Below, one piece after another: positions 38,673 through 49,116 of a DNA stretch of 64,000 nt (positions are counted from its first letter, which is position 1; the number at the start of each line of letters is the position of its first letter). This stretch comes from Sedimentisphaerales bacterium (GTDB lineage: Bacteria > Planctomycetota > Phycisphaerae > Sedimentisphaerales > Anaerobacaceae): assembly GCA_040772485.1 (NCBI GenBank), contig JAXGYC010000007.1:512001-576000 (forward strand), read 5' to 3'. The position numbers and the translations under genes are program-made. Below the pieces are notes generated by a model, which made no database searches, was not told the DNA's origin, and saw only the letters and a program-made list of their open reading frames with translations.

Positions 38673-38804
38673 TGCATGACTCCAGTGCTCAGTTCACAGT
38701 TGTCGGTTCTCAGTTCACAGTTGTCGGTTGTCAGTTCCCAGTTGTCAGTTATCGGCGGTCAGGAATCTGCTGCGAACTGTCAACTGTGAACTGTCAACTC
38801 ATCC
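38673..38804. repeat. Conserved intergenic heptamer-hairpin module
   Basis: (cagttNN)n-atcggcggtcaggaatctgctgcg-(aactgtN)n; recurs at 43806, 46421 and 49027. Confidence 0.9.
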
Positions 38805-41252
38805 CTATTCGTAGCGAAGGGCCTCCATCGGGTCGATCCGCGCGGCCCGGCGGGCGGGAAGGTAGCTGGCCAGCAGGGATGCCCCCGCCAGAGCGAGCGA
38901 CACGCACGCAAAGGTCGCCGGGTCGGTGCACGTCACGCCGTAGAGGAAGCTGGAGATCACTTTCGTCAGGAGCAGTGCTCCGACCACACCGATCACGATG
39001 CCGACCAATGCGAGCTTGATGCCCTGGCCCACCACCGCCCGCAGGATGTCGGCCTGGCGCGCGCCCAGGGCCATGCGAATCCCGATATCATGGGTCTGAC
39101 GCGTGGTGTTGTACTGGAGCAGGCCGTAAATGCCGATGGTCGCCAGCGCCAACGCGATGCCGGCGAAGATCCCAAGCAGGGTCATGACAAACCGCCGGGG
39201 TCCCAGCATCTCCGACAGCGTCGCCTCCATCGGCTCGATCGCCCTGATCACCTGATCCCTTTCCAGTTCGGCAACGAGCCTTCGAATGGTGGGTACCAGG
39301 CGCATCGGGTCGCCGTCCGTTCGCACCAGGACGGCCGCCCATTTCGAGTACTCCGTGCCTCGCGTGTAGACAGTCCCCATGACCGGCCCGGGCGCGGCAA
39401 AGCTGCGAATCGTACCCACGACCCCGGCCACGGTGTGGACATGCTGCCCGGACCAATCGTCCATCACGAAGGTCTGGCCAAGGGGATTGCTATCGGGGAA
39501 ACACTCGTGCGCAAGGATCTCGTCAATCACGATGGCGTTTGGGTCCTGGTCGTCAAACGCCCGCCCGGCGAGCCGGCGCATGCCCACGGCATCGAAGAAG
39601 CCCGGCGTCACGGATATCCAGCGGGCCGAACGGGGTTGTCCCGGTCCCGTCGGTCCGGTGATGGTGAAATTCTTCTCGTAGGCACCGGATGAACTGGTGA
39701 TGTCGGTCCCGCAATAGTCGTCGACGCGACCTCCCACCGAACGGACGGCAGGAAGGGTACGGATGCGTTCGAAGAGAGGACCGAAGAAGCCATTGCACTG
39801 GTCGGTTTCGGTGTATTTCGCATATGGAAGCTCGATATGCATGGTCAGGAGGTTCCGCGGGGGGAATCCCAGATCGACCGTCTGCAAGGCCACCAGCGTG
39901 CGAATCAACAGAGCGGCGCCGATCAGCAAGACCAGCGAGAGACCCAACTGGCTCACTACCAGGCCATCGTGGAGACGACGCCATCGCCGACCGCCCGTCG
40001 TGCGTCCGGTGCCTTGCTTGAGGGTCTCGTTGACGCCGATGTCGGAAGCCCTCCAGGCGGGCACCAGGCCGAACAGCAGTCCCGTCAGCAGCGAGACACC
40101 CAGGGTGAAGGCGAGGACCCGCAGGTCGACGTTCGTCTCCTGCAAGCGCGGGATATCGGCCGGGCACAGGGCCACCAATCCCTTGACCGAGCAGAACGTC
40201 AGGAACAGACCCAGGCCGCCGGCTGCCAGGCTGAGCAGAAGACTCTCGGTGAGCATCTGACGGATGAGGCGACCGCGTCCGGCCCCGAGCGCCAGGCGCA
40301 TGGCCATCTCACGTTGTCGCGTGGTGGCGCGGGCCAGGAACAGATTGGCGACGTTGGCACAAGCAATCAGCAACACGAATCCCGCCGCCCCCAGTAACAG
40401 CAGCGGCAACCTCCGATGATGGTACACGAGTGCATATAGAAACCGGTATACATCAACGACATTGGGTGCGCCGTCGCCAGGCTCGGTGTGTCGGAGACGA
40501 CTGACCAGAACCTCCAGGTCCGCACTGGCCCGCTGGGGCGTGACGCCTTTCTTGAGACGGGCCAGCGGAATGACCGGGGCATCATGAGGCTGCGCCGGAC
40601 CTTCGGGAAAGATCATCGCTCGCCAGAAGTGCACCCCCTTGCCGAAGGGAAAGCTGAAGCCAGGGGGCATCACACCAACGATCGTGTGCGTCTCGGACAC
40701 CATGTCGACGTCCCAATCCGCGTTGCGCTTCCAGGCGGTGAGGGTAAGGTTCCGGCCCACGGCATTCGGGTCCGCGCCCAGGTGATCCCGCCAGAAGGCG
40801 TGACTGACAACCACCACGCGCGGACTTCCAGGCTTCTCATCTTCCGGGCCGAACCCGCGTCCCTGTATCGGCTGGATATCCAACAGGGAGAAGAGATTGG
40901 CGGTGGCGTCGCAGCCCATGACTTGATGGGGAGTCTCTATCCCGTGGACGTACAGCGGACAACCGCAACAGCCGGCGACCGATTCGAACACGTGGTTGTG
41001 TTCCCGAAGATAGAGGAAGTTCGGACGGTAGCTGAATTGCTCGGTTCGGTCGATGTCCGACTGCCGGATCCACACCAACTCATGCGAGTCCTTGTAGGGC
41101 AAGGGCCTCAGCATCACGGCGTTGACCACGCTGAAGAGCGCCGTATTAGCCGCGATGCCCACCGCTAATATCCCAACGACCAGGGCCGCAAAGCCGCGAC
41201 TTCGCGCCACCATCCGCAACCCGTACCTGATGTCCAGCCACAGTGTCTCCAT
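38805..41252 (-). CDS. ADOP-type ABC permease, 5th (most divergent copy)
   Basis: Same motifs; LLIACANVANLFLARATTRQREMAMR. Confidence 0.95.
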   Translation of the reverse strand: METLWLDIRYGLRMVARSRGFAALVVGILAVGIAANTALFSVVNAVMLRPLPYKDSHELVWIRQSDIDRTEQFSYRPNFLYLREHNHVFESVAGCCGCPLYVHGIETPHQVMGCDATANLFSLLDIQPIQGRGFGPEDEKPGSPRVVVVSHAFWRDHLGADPNAVGRNLTLTAWKRNADWDVDMVSETHTIVGVMPPGFSFPFGKGVHFWRAMIFPEGPAQPHDAPVIPLARLKKGVTPQRASADLEVLVSRLRHTEPGDGAPNVVDVYRFLYALVYHHRRLPLLLLGAAGFVLLIACANVANLFLARATTRQREMAMRLALGAGRGRLIRQMLTESLLLSLAAGGLGLFLTFCSVKGLVALCPADIPRLQETNVDLRVLAFTLGVSLLTGLLFGLVPAWRASDIGVNETLKQGTGRTTGGRRWRRLHDGLVVSQLGLSLVLLIGAALLIRTLVALQTVDLGFPPRNLLTMHIELPYAKYTETDQCNGFFGPLFERIRTLPAVRSVGGRVDDYCGTDITSSSGAYEKNFTITGPTGPGQPRSARWISVTPGFFDAVGMRRLAGRAFDDQDPNAIVIDEILAHECFPDSNPLGQTFVMDDWSGQHVHTVAGVVGTIRSFAAPGPVMGTVYTRGTEYSKWAAVLVRTDGDPMRLVPTIRRLVAELERDQVIRAIEPMEATLSEMLGPRRFVMTLLGIFAGIALALATIGIYGLLQYNTTRQTHDIGIRMALGARQADILRAVVGQGIKLALVGIVIGVVGALLLTKVISSFLYGVTCTDPATFACVSLALAGASLLASYLPARRAARIDPMEALRYE

Positions 41253-41261
41253 GCGTCTCTC

Positions 41262-43805
41262 CTATTCGTACTGCAGGGCCGTCTTCGGGTCGACTCTGAG
41301 CGCCCGCCGGGCCGGGATATACGTGGCCAGCAGTGAAGTCGCTGTGAGCACAACCACGGTGACAACGATGCTCACGAGATCAATGCTACTGATGCCTTGG
41401 ACCGCGCTGCGAATCACTCGCGTCATGACGAACGCCAGCAGCATGCCGGCCAGCAGCCCTGCGAACGTCGATGTGGCGCCCTGACGCAGCACCAGGGTCA
41501 GAATGTCCCGCCGGGTGGCGCCCAACGCCATGCGGATGCCAATCTCAGGGGTTCGCGAGGCGACCATGTGGCTCTTGACGGCGTAAAGGCCCAGGCCGGC
41601 CAGGAACAGAGCCATGGCCCCGAACATCACGGCCAGTCGGGCCACGGCTCGCGCGAGCAACACCGTGGGATCGTTGCGATGTCGATCCGCCAGAGACGCT
41701 ACCGAGACGACCGGCAGACGAGGATCGAGCTCTCGAATGCGTGCACCGATGGTGCGCACGAGCGCGGCCTCCGCTCCGGGCGCCGCACTTCTGGCACGCA
41801 GATGGATCGATTCGGGCACGCTTTGGGCTCCGAGTGGTGTATAGACATGGGGTTGGATTTGGCCATTGCCCCAAACGCTCCGCAGGTTCGGTACGATACC
41901 GATCACTTGGTAGGGCCCCGAGCCATACTGGATGAGACAGCCAAGGGCACTACCCTCCGGCCGGAGTTTACGGGCCAGAAGCTCATCGATGATCACGACT
42001 TTTTCTGCATCAGGGGCACTGTCGAGAGGGCGAAAGACCCGACCCTGCAGGAGCCGAATGCCCATCGCTTCGAAGTAGTCGCCGTCTACCTCATACTCGT
42101 GAAGTGGCTTCGTCAATAGGCTGCCTGACGCGTCATCTTCGCGGCCCGGTACGTACTCGACGACTCTTTCGCGAACCCAGGGCCCCCACTCCACGTCCAC
42201 AGGCGACTTAAAAGATAGGCCAACCGCCTGAATCTCGGGATTTTCCTTCAACCGCTCAGCCAGGGCCTGGCAAGCTTGCTTTGCCTGAGCATCCCTGTAG
42301 CCTCCCGCGTAAGGATCCAAGTTGACGATCAACTTCCCATCCAGGCCGAAACCACGTTCGGCCCGGGCGGCACTCAGCGCGGTTCGAGCCAATAGGGTCG
42401 CGCACATGACCAGCGCGAAAGTGAGGGCCATTTGACAGAGCACCGACAGGCCGCGGGGGACGAACCATCGCCGATTGCGCGTGGCGCGCAGTATACCTCG
42501 GCCGGATTCTTTCAGATCGCCAACAAGATCGCGTCCCGATAGGCGCAGGGCCGGTCTCAACCCGAAGAGCACCGTGGCAATCAAACAGAAACCCAAGGTG
42601 GCCCCCAGGACGCGTATATCCAGCGTGATTCCCTCAGCGATGGCCTCCCCCAACTGCATCGGGAGTTGGCCCATCGCCGCCCACAGCTTGAGAACCCGGA
42701 CACCCCAGAAGGCCACGCCCATAGCCAGAATGCCACCGAAGACAGCCAAGAGAAGGGATTCGGCCAGCAACTGCCGCACGATCCTCAAACGCCCCCCGCC
42801 GATGGCCGCACGGATGGCGATTTCCCGTTGGCGCTCCACCCCTTGAACCACAATCATATTCGCCAGATTCAGACAGGCAATGAGCAAGACGACCCCCGAT
42901 ATTCCCATCAACCCCAGACTGATACGACCCAAGGCGGACCTGTCATTGTCGATACCACCGGCGCTGAGTCTGGGCAACGGGTGGAGTTCAAACCAGACCT
43001 CCTCTATCTCTGTCGACCCGAACCTGGGCCTGTTGAACATCCAAGGGTCAATCTGCTTCAGGCGTGGGAGCACAGATTGCAGCCATGCCTGGGCCTCCGA
43101 TCGACTCACGCCAGGTTTGAGTCGTCCTACTAAGACCGACGGCGCATAGTGCCATCGTTCATCGGTCTTCTCCGGCTTCTTTTTATAGATTCTACCCACA
43201 AGACCATACGTGCCCAAAGGCAACCAGACGTCGGGGCAGATGACGGATGCGCCTGCGAATGCCCTTGGCATCACGCCGATGATTCTGAAGAGCTTACCAG
43301 AGAGGCGCACATATTGGCCCCCGATCTCGGGCTCAGCGCCCAGACGCTGCCAAGTTCGGTAGCTCAGGACCACCACTGGCTCAGCACCAGCGACTTCCTC
43401 CTCAGGCAGGAACGTCCGCCCATAAAGGGGGGATCCCCCCAGGGCGCTGAAGTAGTTGGCCGAGACGTATAGCGGATCCACATGTCTTACCATACCGTCT
43501 CTTACCAGAGTACAGGTTCTTCTGCCGTAACTGTGGGAGATGAGATCGCTGAACACCGGATTATTATCACGTAGCTCGACATAGCCCGGATAAAAGACGA
43601 GACGTGTTACGTTAAATTCGCAGCGCACCAATCGGTCAGGGTCTTTGATGGGCAGCGGTCGAAAGAGCAGCGTATTGACCACGCTGAACATAATCGTGTT
43701 GGCCCCGATGCCGATCGCCAGCGTAATCAGGGCAATCGCCGTGAAGCCGCGATTCTTCGCCAGCATCCGCAAACCGAATCTGATATCCTGCCACAAGGTC
43801 GTCAT
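41262..43805 (-). CDS. ADOP-type ABC permease, 4th
   Basis: Same motifs. Confidence 0.95.
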   Translation of the reverse strand: MTTLWQDIRFGLRMLAKNRGFTAIALITLAIGIGANTIMFSVVNTLLFRPLPIKDPDRLVRCEFNVTRLVFYPGYVELRDNNPVFSDLISHSYGRRTCTLVRDGMVRHVDPLYVSANYFSALGGSPLYGRTFLPEEEVAGAEPVVVLSYRTWQRLGAEPEIGGQYVRLSGKLFRIIGVMPRAFAGASVICPDVWLPLGTYGLVGRIYKKKPEKTDERWHYAPSVLVGRLKPGVSRSEAQAWLQSVLPRLKQIDPWMFNRPRFGSTEIEEVWFELHPLPRLSAGGIDNDRSALGRISLGLMGISGVVLLIACLNLANMIVVQGVERQREIAIRAAIGGGRLRIVRQLLAESLLLAVFGGILAMGVAFWGVRVLKLWAAMGQLPMQLGEAIAEGITLDIRVLGATLGFCLIATVLFGLRPALRLSGRDLVGDLKESGRGILRATRNRRWFVPRGLSVLCQMALTFALVMCATLLARTALSAARAERGFGLDGKLIVNLDPYAGGYRDAQAKQACQALAERLKENPEIQAVGLSFKSPVDVEWGPWVRERVVEYVPGREDDASGSLLTKPLHEYEVDGDYFEAMGIRLLQGRVFRPLDSAPDAEKVVIIDELLARKLRPEGSALGCLIQYGSGPYQVIGIVPNLRSVWGNGQIQPHVYTPLGAQSVPESIHLRARSAAPGAEAALVRTIGARIRELDPRLPVVSVASLADRHRNDPTVLLARAVARLAVMFGAMALFLAGLGLYAVKSHMVASRTPEIGIRMALGATRRDILTLVLRQGATSTFAGLLAGMLLAFVMTRVIRSAVQGISSIDLVSIVVTVVVLTATSLLATYIPARRALRVDPKTALQYE

Positions 43806-43909
43806 TGCATGACTCCGGTTCGCAGTTCTCAGTTGTCGGTTCTCAGTTGTCAGTTATCGGCGGTCAGGAACCTGCCGCGGACTGTCAACTGTGAACTGTC
43901 AACTCATCC
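43806..43909. repeat. Conserved intergenic heptamer-hairpin module
   Basis: Homologous to 38673-38804. Confidence 0.9.
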
Positions 43910-46420
43910 CTATTCGTAGCGCAACGCCTCCATCGGGTCGATTCGCGCCGCTCGGCGGGCCGGGACGTAGCCGGCCAGCACCGAAACGATTGCCAGCAGA
44001 GTGACCGTCGCGGCGATGCTCAGCGGATCGAGGGGACTGATGCCGTAGAGTCCGGCGCGAATCAGCCGCGCCAGCGCGCCGGCCAGCAGGATTCCGAGCG
44101 AAAGGCCCACGAATGTCGATACAGCGCCCTGGCGAAACACGAGGCCCAGGATATCGCGCCGGGTGGCGCCCAAGGCCATGCGAATCCCGATCTCGGGAGT
44201 CCGCGACGCGACCATGTGGCCCTTGACCGCGTACAGCCCGAGCCCGGCCAGGAACAGGGCCATGACCCCGAACATGGCCGTCAGCCGGGCAGCCACTGCC
44301 GCCTGTCGTATGGTTCCGTCGTTGCGGTGCTGGTCCGTCAGGCTTATCACCGACACCACCGGCAGGCGCGGATCGATCTTGCGGATCTGTGCGCCAATGC
44401 TCCGGACGAGAGCTGTTTCGACGCTCGGCGCGGTGCTGGCAAGACGCAGGTGGATGTAGACAGGTAGATGGTCATCGCGGATCGGCTCATAGATGTGGGC
44501 CCAGTTCCATGCTTCGCCCGAAAGATCCAACAGACTCGGCACGACCCCAACCACTCGGCACACGTCCAGCTCCGAGCCCCAGCCATGCTGGATCAGGCAA
44601 TCCACGACGTTGCCGTCCGGGCGGAGCTTGCGGGCCAGCAGCTCGTCGATGATCACGACCCGCTCGGCATCGGGAGCGCTGTCGAGCGGTCGGAAGGGTC
44701 GGCCTCGAAGGAGAGGAATTCCCATCGCCTCGAAGTAATTGCCATCAACCTCGAACAGCAGCGGTCCTCTCTCCAGCAGGTTTTTCGAGGGGTCGTCTGC
44801 AACGCCAGGCTCGTAGGCGATGAACCGCTGCGAGAAACCATGTCGTGTATCGCCGACCGGAAACGACGTGGACAGACCCGCGGCCTGGATGCCGGGCGTC
44901 CCCTTGAGGCGTTCCGCCAGCATCTGGCAAGCGGTTGCGGCCTGGGCGTGGGTGTAGCCGCCTGCCAGCGGATCGATCCGGACCACCAGCTTGCCGGCCA
45001 GATCGAAGCCCGGACGCGTTCGCGCGATCCTCAACGCCGTCCGCGTGAACAGCGTCGCGCCCATCACCAGCACGACGGCTAGCGCGATCTGAAGGACCAC
45101 CGACAGACCGCGCGGGATCAAGCGCCGTCGTCGACGCACCGAGCGCACCACCCCGCCGCCTGACTCCTTCAAGTCACTGATAACATCGCGCGCCGATAGA
45201 CGCAGAGCGGGCTTGAGACCGAAGAGCACGGTCGCAATCAGACAGAACCCCAGGGTGGCGCTCAGAACCCGCGAGTCGAACCAAGTCGTCAAGCGAATCG
45301 GCAGGGTTCCCGTGGCCAGCCAGGCGTTGAGAATCCGAACGCCCCAGAAAGCGGGAATCAGGGCCAGAATCCCTCCAAACAGCGCCAGCAGGAACGATTC
45401 GAGGAACAACTGACGGACGATCCGCAGGCGTCCGCCCCCGATGGCCATGCGAATGGCGATCTCCCGCTGCCGCGACACGCCCTGGACCGTGATCATGCTC
45501 GCCAGGTTCAGGCAGGCGATCAGCAGAACGACGCCCGAGATGCCCATCAGAATCGCACTGATGACGCTCAAGGTCTTCGTCTCATCCTCGTCTTCCCCCG
45601 CGCCCATTCGCGCCAGGTGAGCCAGGTACGGTCTGGAGTCGTCCTTCCATCGCCTGGGGTCATGATCCTTGAGGCGCGGCGACATCGCTTGCAGGCGCGC
45701 CTCGGCTTCAGGCATGTTCAGACCGGCCTTGAGCCGTCCGATCAACGTAACGGCCGGGTAATCCCATATCGCCTGCCGCCTTCCCTCCGGCCTCTCCTCA
45801 TCAGGATGGTCGACTGGGCCAAAAGCACCCAGAGGCAACCACAGATCGGGACCCGAGGTGGTCGTGCCGGTGAATCGCTTCGGCGCCACGCCGACGATCC
45901 GACAGGGCGACGCGTTGATGTCCACGTACTGGCCCACGATCTTCGGATCGGCGCCGAGCCGCTGCCAGGTCTGATGGCTCAGGACCACGACCGGCTCGGC
46001 CCCGTAGCGCTCTTCCTCAGGCTGGAAGGTTCGTCCATACGCCGGAACGACCCCCAACACGGAGAAGTAGTTGGCCGAGACGTACATCAAATCCATGTGT
46101 CGAACCACGTCACCCTGGACCCAGGTGCCCCGACAGTAGCCATAATTGTGGGCGATCAGGTCGCTGAACACAGGGTTGTCATCCCGCATGTCGGTGTACA
46201 TCGTGTAGGTGATCAGGCCGAAGTTGCGAATCCCGCAGTACACCAGCCGGTCGGGATCTTTCACGTGCATCGGGCGAAACAGCATCGCGTTGACCACACT
46301 GAACATGATCGTGTTGGCGCTGATGCCGACCGCCAGCGTCACCAGAGCGATCGCTGTGAACCCGCGATTCTTCGCCAGCATCCGCAATCCGTATCGGACA
46401 TCCGGCCATAGCGTCGTCAT
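43910..46420 (-). CDS. ADOP-type ABC permease, 3rd
   Basis: Same motifs. Confidence 0.95.
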   Translation of the reverse strand: MTTLWPDVRYGLRMLAKNRGFTAIALVTLAVGISANTIMFSVVNAMLFRPMHVKDPDRLVYCGIRNFGLITYTMYTDMRDDNPVFSDLIAHNYGYCRGTWVQGDVVRHMDLMYVSANYFSVLGVVPAYGRTFQPEEERYGAEPVVVLSHQTWQRLGADPKIVGQYVDINASPCRIVGVAPKRFTGTTTSGPDLWLPLGAFGPVDHPDEERPEGRRQAIWDYPAVTLIGRLKAGLNMPEAEARLQAMSPRLKDHDPRRWKDDSRPYLAHLARMGAGEDEDETKTLSVISAILMGISGVVLLIACLNLASMITVQGVSRQREIAIRMAIGGGRLRIVRQLFLESFLLALFGGILALIPAFWGVRILNAWLATGTLPIRLTTWFDSRVLSATLGFCLIATVLFGLKPALRLSARDVISDLKESGGGVVRSVRRRRRLIPRGLSVVLQIALAVVLVMGATLFTRTALRIARTRPGFDLAGKLVVRIDPLAGGYTHAQAATACQMLAERLKGTPGIQAAGLSTSFPVGDTRHGFSQRFIAYEPGVADDPSKNLLERGPLLFEVDGNYFEAMGIPLLRGRPFRPLDSAPDAERVVIIDELLARKLRPDGNVVDCLIQHGWGSELDVCRVVGVVPSLLDLSGEAWNWAHIYEPIRDDHLPVYIHLRLASTAPSVETALVRSIGAQIRKIDPRLPVVSVISLTDQHRNDGTIRQAAVAARLTAMFGVMALFLAGLGLYAVKGHMVASRTPEIGIRMALGATRRDILGLVFRQGAVSTFVGLSLGILLAGALARLIRAGLYGISPLDPLSIAATVTLLAIVSVLAGYVPARRAARIDPMEALRYE

Positions 46421-46524
46421 TGTGTGACTCCAGTTCGCAGTTCACAGTTGTCGGTTCTCAGTTGTCAGTTATCGGCGGTCAGGAATCTGCTGCGAACTGT
46501 CAACTGTGAACTGCCAACTCATCC
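46421..46524. repeat. Conserved intergenic heptamer-hairpin module
   Basis: Homologous to 38673-38804. Confidence 0.9.
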
Positions 46525-49026
46525 CTATTCGTAGCGCAGCGCCTCCATCGGATCGACCTTGGCCGCTCGACGGGCCGGAACGTAGCCAGCCAGCAGCGAG
46601 GCGGCACCGAGCAGGGTCACGGTTGCCACGATACTGACCGGATCGAGCGGACTGATGCCGTAGAGAAGGCTGGCCGACACGCGCGCCACGCCCAAACCCA
46701 GGAGCAATCCGACTGCCAGGCCCACCAGCGTCACCACCAGTCCCTCGCGCAGGACCATACTCATGATACTTCTCTCCGTTGCCCCCAGAGCCTTGCGGAT
46801 CCCGATTTCTGAGGTTCGTGAGGCGACCATATAGCCCTTGATGGCGTAGATCCCCAGCGATGCCAGAAACAGAGCGGCTGCGCCAGCAGCAAGCGCCAGT
46901 CGTGCGCTGAAGCTGGCCATCCATACGGAAGCATCGTCGCGATACCTGTCGGCGAGTGTCACCGCTGAAAGCACAGGCACGCGCGGGTCCGCCTGATGGA
47001 TCTCCTGAGAAACCCGCTGGACCAACACATCTGCCGCCCCCGCGTCCTTGATGAGCAGATAGAAGTACGGGGACAACTGATCCGGTCGGGTGGGTTTGTA
47101 CATCTGCGCGTGGACCTCGCGGTCCGCAATGCCCGGCACATTGGCAACGATTCCGACCACCCGGTAAGGATCGGAATACTCCGTGGAGAAACCCCATTCG
47201 ATGAAGCAGCCAAGAGCGTTCCCGTCCGGGCGAAGCTTGCGCGCCAGAGTCTCGTCGATGATGGTGACTCTCTCCGCATTCGGCACATGATCGAGTCGAT
47301 TGAACAGACGACCCTGCAAAAGCGGTACCTCCAGTGCCGTGAAATAGTCCCGGCCCACATCGGGTGTAGCGGCCCACCGCGCGATCCGTTTCCTCGTCCC
47401 ACTCTCTTCGGTTCCCGGCGCGACCTCGTAGATCGACATGACATCGCGCCCCCCGAAGAAGAACCGATGCGAGGTCCCCAGCGCCTCGACCTCGGGCAGC
47501 GACGCGAGGTAATCCGCCAGAGCCTCGCACGCCTGGATGCTGCGGACGCGGTCATATCCCGCCGAGAGGGGGTCGATGTGGACGAGCAGCTTGTCCTCCA
47601 GAGGAAACCGCCGATCCGGCTGGGCCAGGTGCAGGGCGCTGCGCGTCAACAGCGTCGCGCTGAGCACCAGCATCACGGCCAAGGCGATCTGGCCTGCCAG
47701 CGAGAGACCGCCCCGCTTTCTACGAAGCGCTCCGAGCACGCTGCCACCGGCGTCTTTCATCTCACTCGCAATGTCACGCTTGGAGAGCTTCAGAGCAGGC
47801 CGCAGTCCAAACAGCAGCGTGGCAATCAGGCAGAAGCCCAGAGTCGCCCCCAGGACACGCAGGTTCAGGCAGGGCTGTAAAGTCCTCAATTCCGGATCGT
47901 GCGCGGCCGCAATCCACGCGCGGAGGATGCTCGTACCCCAGAAGGCAAGTAGAAGCCCGAGAATGCCTCCCAACATCGCCAGCAGCCAAGACTCGATAAG
48001 CAACTGCCGGATGATCCGCCAGCGGCCCCCGCCGATCGCCATACGGATGGCGATCTCGCGATGGCGCGAGGCCCCCTGGACGATCAGCATGTTCGCCAGA
48101 TTCAGGCAGGCAATCAGCAGGATGATCGCGGAGACCGCCATCAGGACTGCACTGAAGATGGCCATGCTAAGACATTCATCTTCGACCTTACTGTATATCA
48201 TGATCCGGCCGGGCGGGCGCAGGGCCAGAGTGGAATGGTCTCGCCACTGCTTGGGATACTCCTGTTTGAAACGCGGGACCAGCGCCTGTAATTGGGCTTG
48301 GGCCACCGACATGCTCACGCCGGGTTTCAGCCGCCCCACGAGATCGAGCGTCGGGTAGTTTCGGTCCGGCCCGGCATTTGCCCGAGGCGCATGCCCTCGG
48401 GCCAGTTCCGCCACCGCCAGATAGCTGCCCAGCGGAAGCCAGAGATCGGGACCGAGGATTGTGACGCCGGTGAAGCCTGCCGCAGCGACACCGACCACTT
48501 GGCAACGGACGCCGTTGGCGCTGAGGAATTGACCGACGATATTCGGGTCGGCACCAAGACGCTGCCACGTGCGATGCGCCAGAACCACGACCGGCGTACC
48601 ACCCACCTGCTCCTCCTCGGGCAGGAAGCCCCTTCCCAGGGCCGGGGTCACCCCCAGAAACGAGAAGTAGTTCCCCGAAACGTACGTCACGCGCACCTGG
48701 CGAACCGAATCCCTGTCAACCAGGGTGGTAGGCCTCGGATCATCGCTCTGGGCCATGACGTCACGGAAGGCCAAATCGCTGTCACGCACCGTACGATACG
48801 CAGAATGACGAAATCCCCCAAAATAGGCGTCCTGAATCGCGCAGTAGGCCAGTTGCTCGGGATCTTTCGCGTATCTCGGACGCAACAGCAGCAGATCGGA
48901 AATGCTGAACATGATCGTGTTGGCGCCGATGCCGACCGCCAGCGTGATCAGGGCAATCGCCGTGAACCCGCGGTTCTTCGCCAGCATTCGAAGACCGTAG
49001 CGGATGTCTTGCCAGAGCGTCGTCAT
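46525..49026 (-). CDS. ADOP-type ABC permease, 2nd
   Basis: Same motifs. Confidence 0.95.
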   Translation of the reverse strand: MTTLWQDIRYGLRMLAKNRGFTAIALITLAVGIGANTIMFSISDLLLLRPRYAKDPEQLAYCAIQDAYFGGFRHSAYRTVRDSDLAFRDVMAQSDDPRPTTLVDRDSVRQVRVTYVSGNYFSFLGVTPALGRGFLPEEEQVGGTPVVVLAHRTWQRLGADPNIVGQFLSANGVRCQVVGVAAAGFTGVTILGPDLWLPLGSYLAVAELARGHAPRANAGPDRNYPTLDLVGRLKPGVSMSVAQAQLQALVPRFKQEYPKQWRDHSTLALRPPGRIMIYSKVEDECLSMAIFSAVLMAVSAIILLIACLNLANMLIVQGASRHREIAIRMAIGGGRWRIIRQLLIESWLLAMLGGILGLLLAFWGTSILRAWIAAAHDPELRTLQPCLNLRVLGATLGFCLIATLLFGLRPALKLSKRDIASEMKDAGGSVLGALRRKRGGLSLAGQIALAVMLVLSATLLTRSALHLAQPDRRFPLEDKLLVHIDPLSAGYDRVRSIQACEALADYLASLPEVEALGTSHRFFFGGRDVMSIYEVAPGTEESGTRKRIARWAATPDVGRDYFTALEVPLLQGRLFNRLDHVPNAERVTIIDETLARKLRPDGNALGCFIEWGFSTEYSDPYRVVGIVANVPGIADREVHAQMYKPTRPDQLSPYFYLLIKDAGAADVLVQRVSQEIHQADPRVPVLSAVTLADRYRDDASVWMASFSARLALAAGAAALFLASLGIYAIKGYMVASRTSEIGIRKALGATERSIMSMVLREGLVVTLVGLAVGLLLGLGVARVSASLLYGISPLDPVSIVATVTLLGAASLLAGYVPARRAAKVDPMEALRYE

Positions 49027-49116
49027 TGCATGACTCCAGTTCGCAGTTCACAGTTGTCGGTTCTCAGTTGTCAGTTATCGGCGGTCAGGAATCTGCTGCG
49101 AACTGTCAACTCATCC
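49027..49116. repeat. Conserved intergenic heptamer-hairpin module (shortest copy)
   Basis: Homologous to 38673-38804 with fewer heptamers. Confidence 0.9.
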
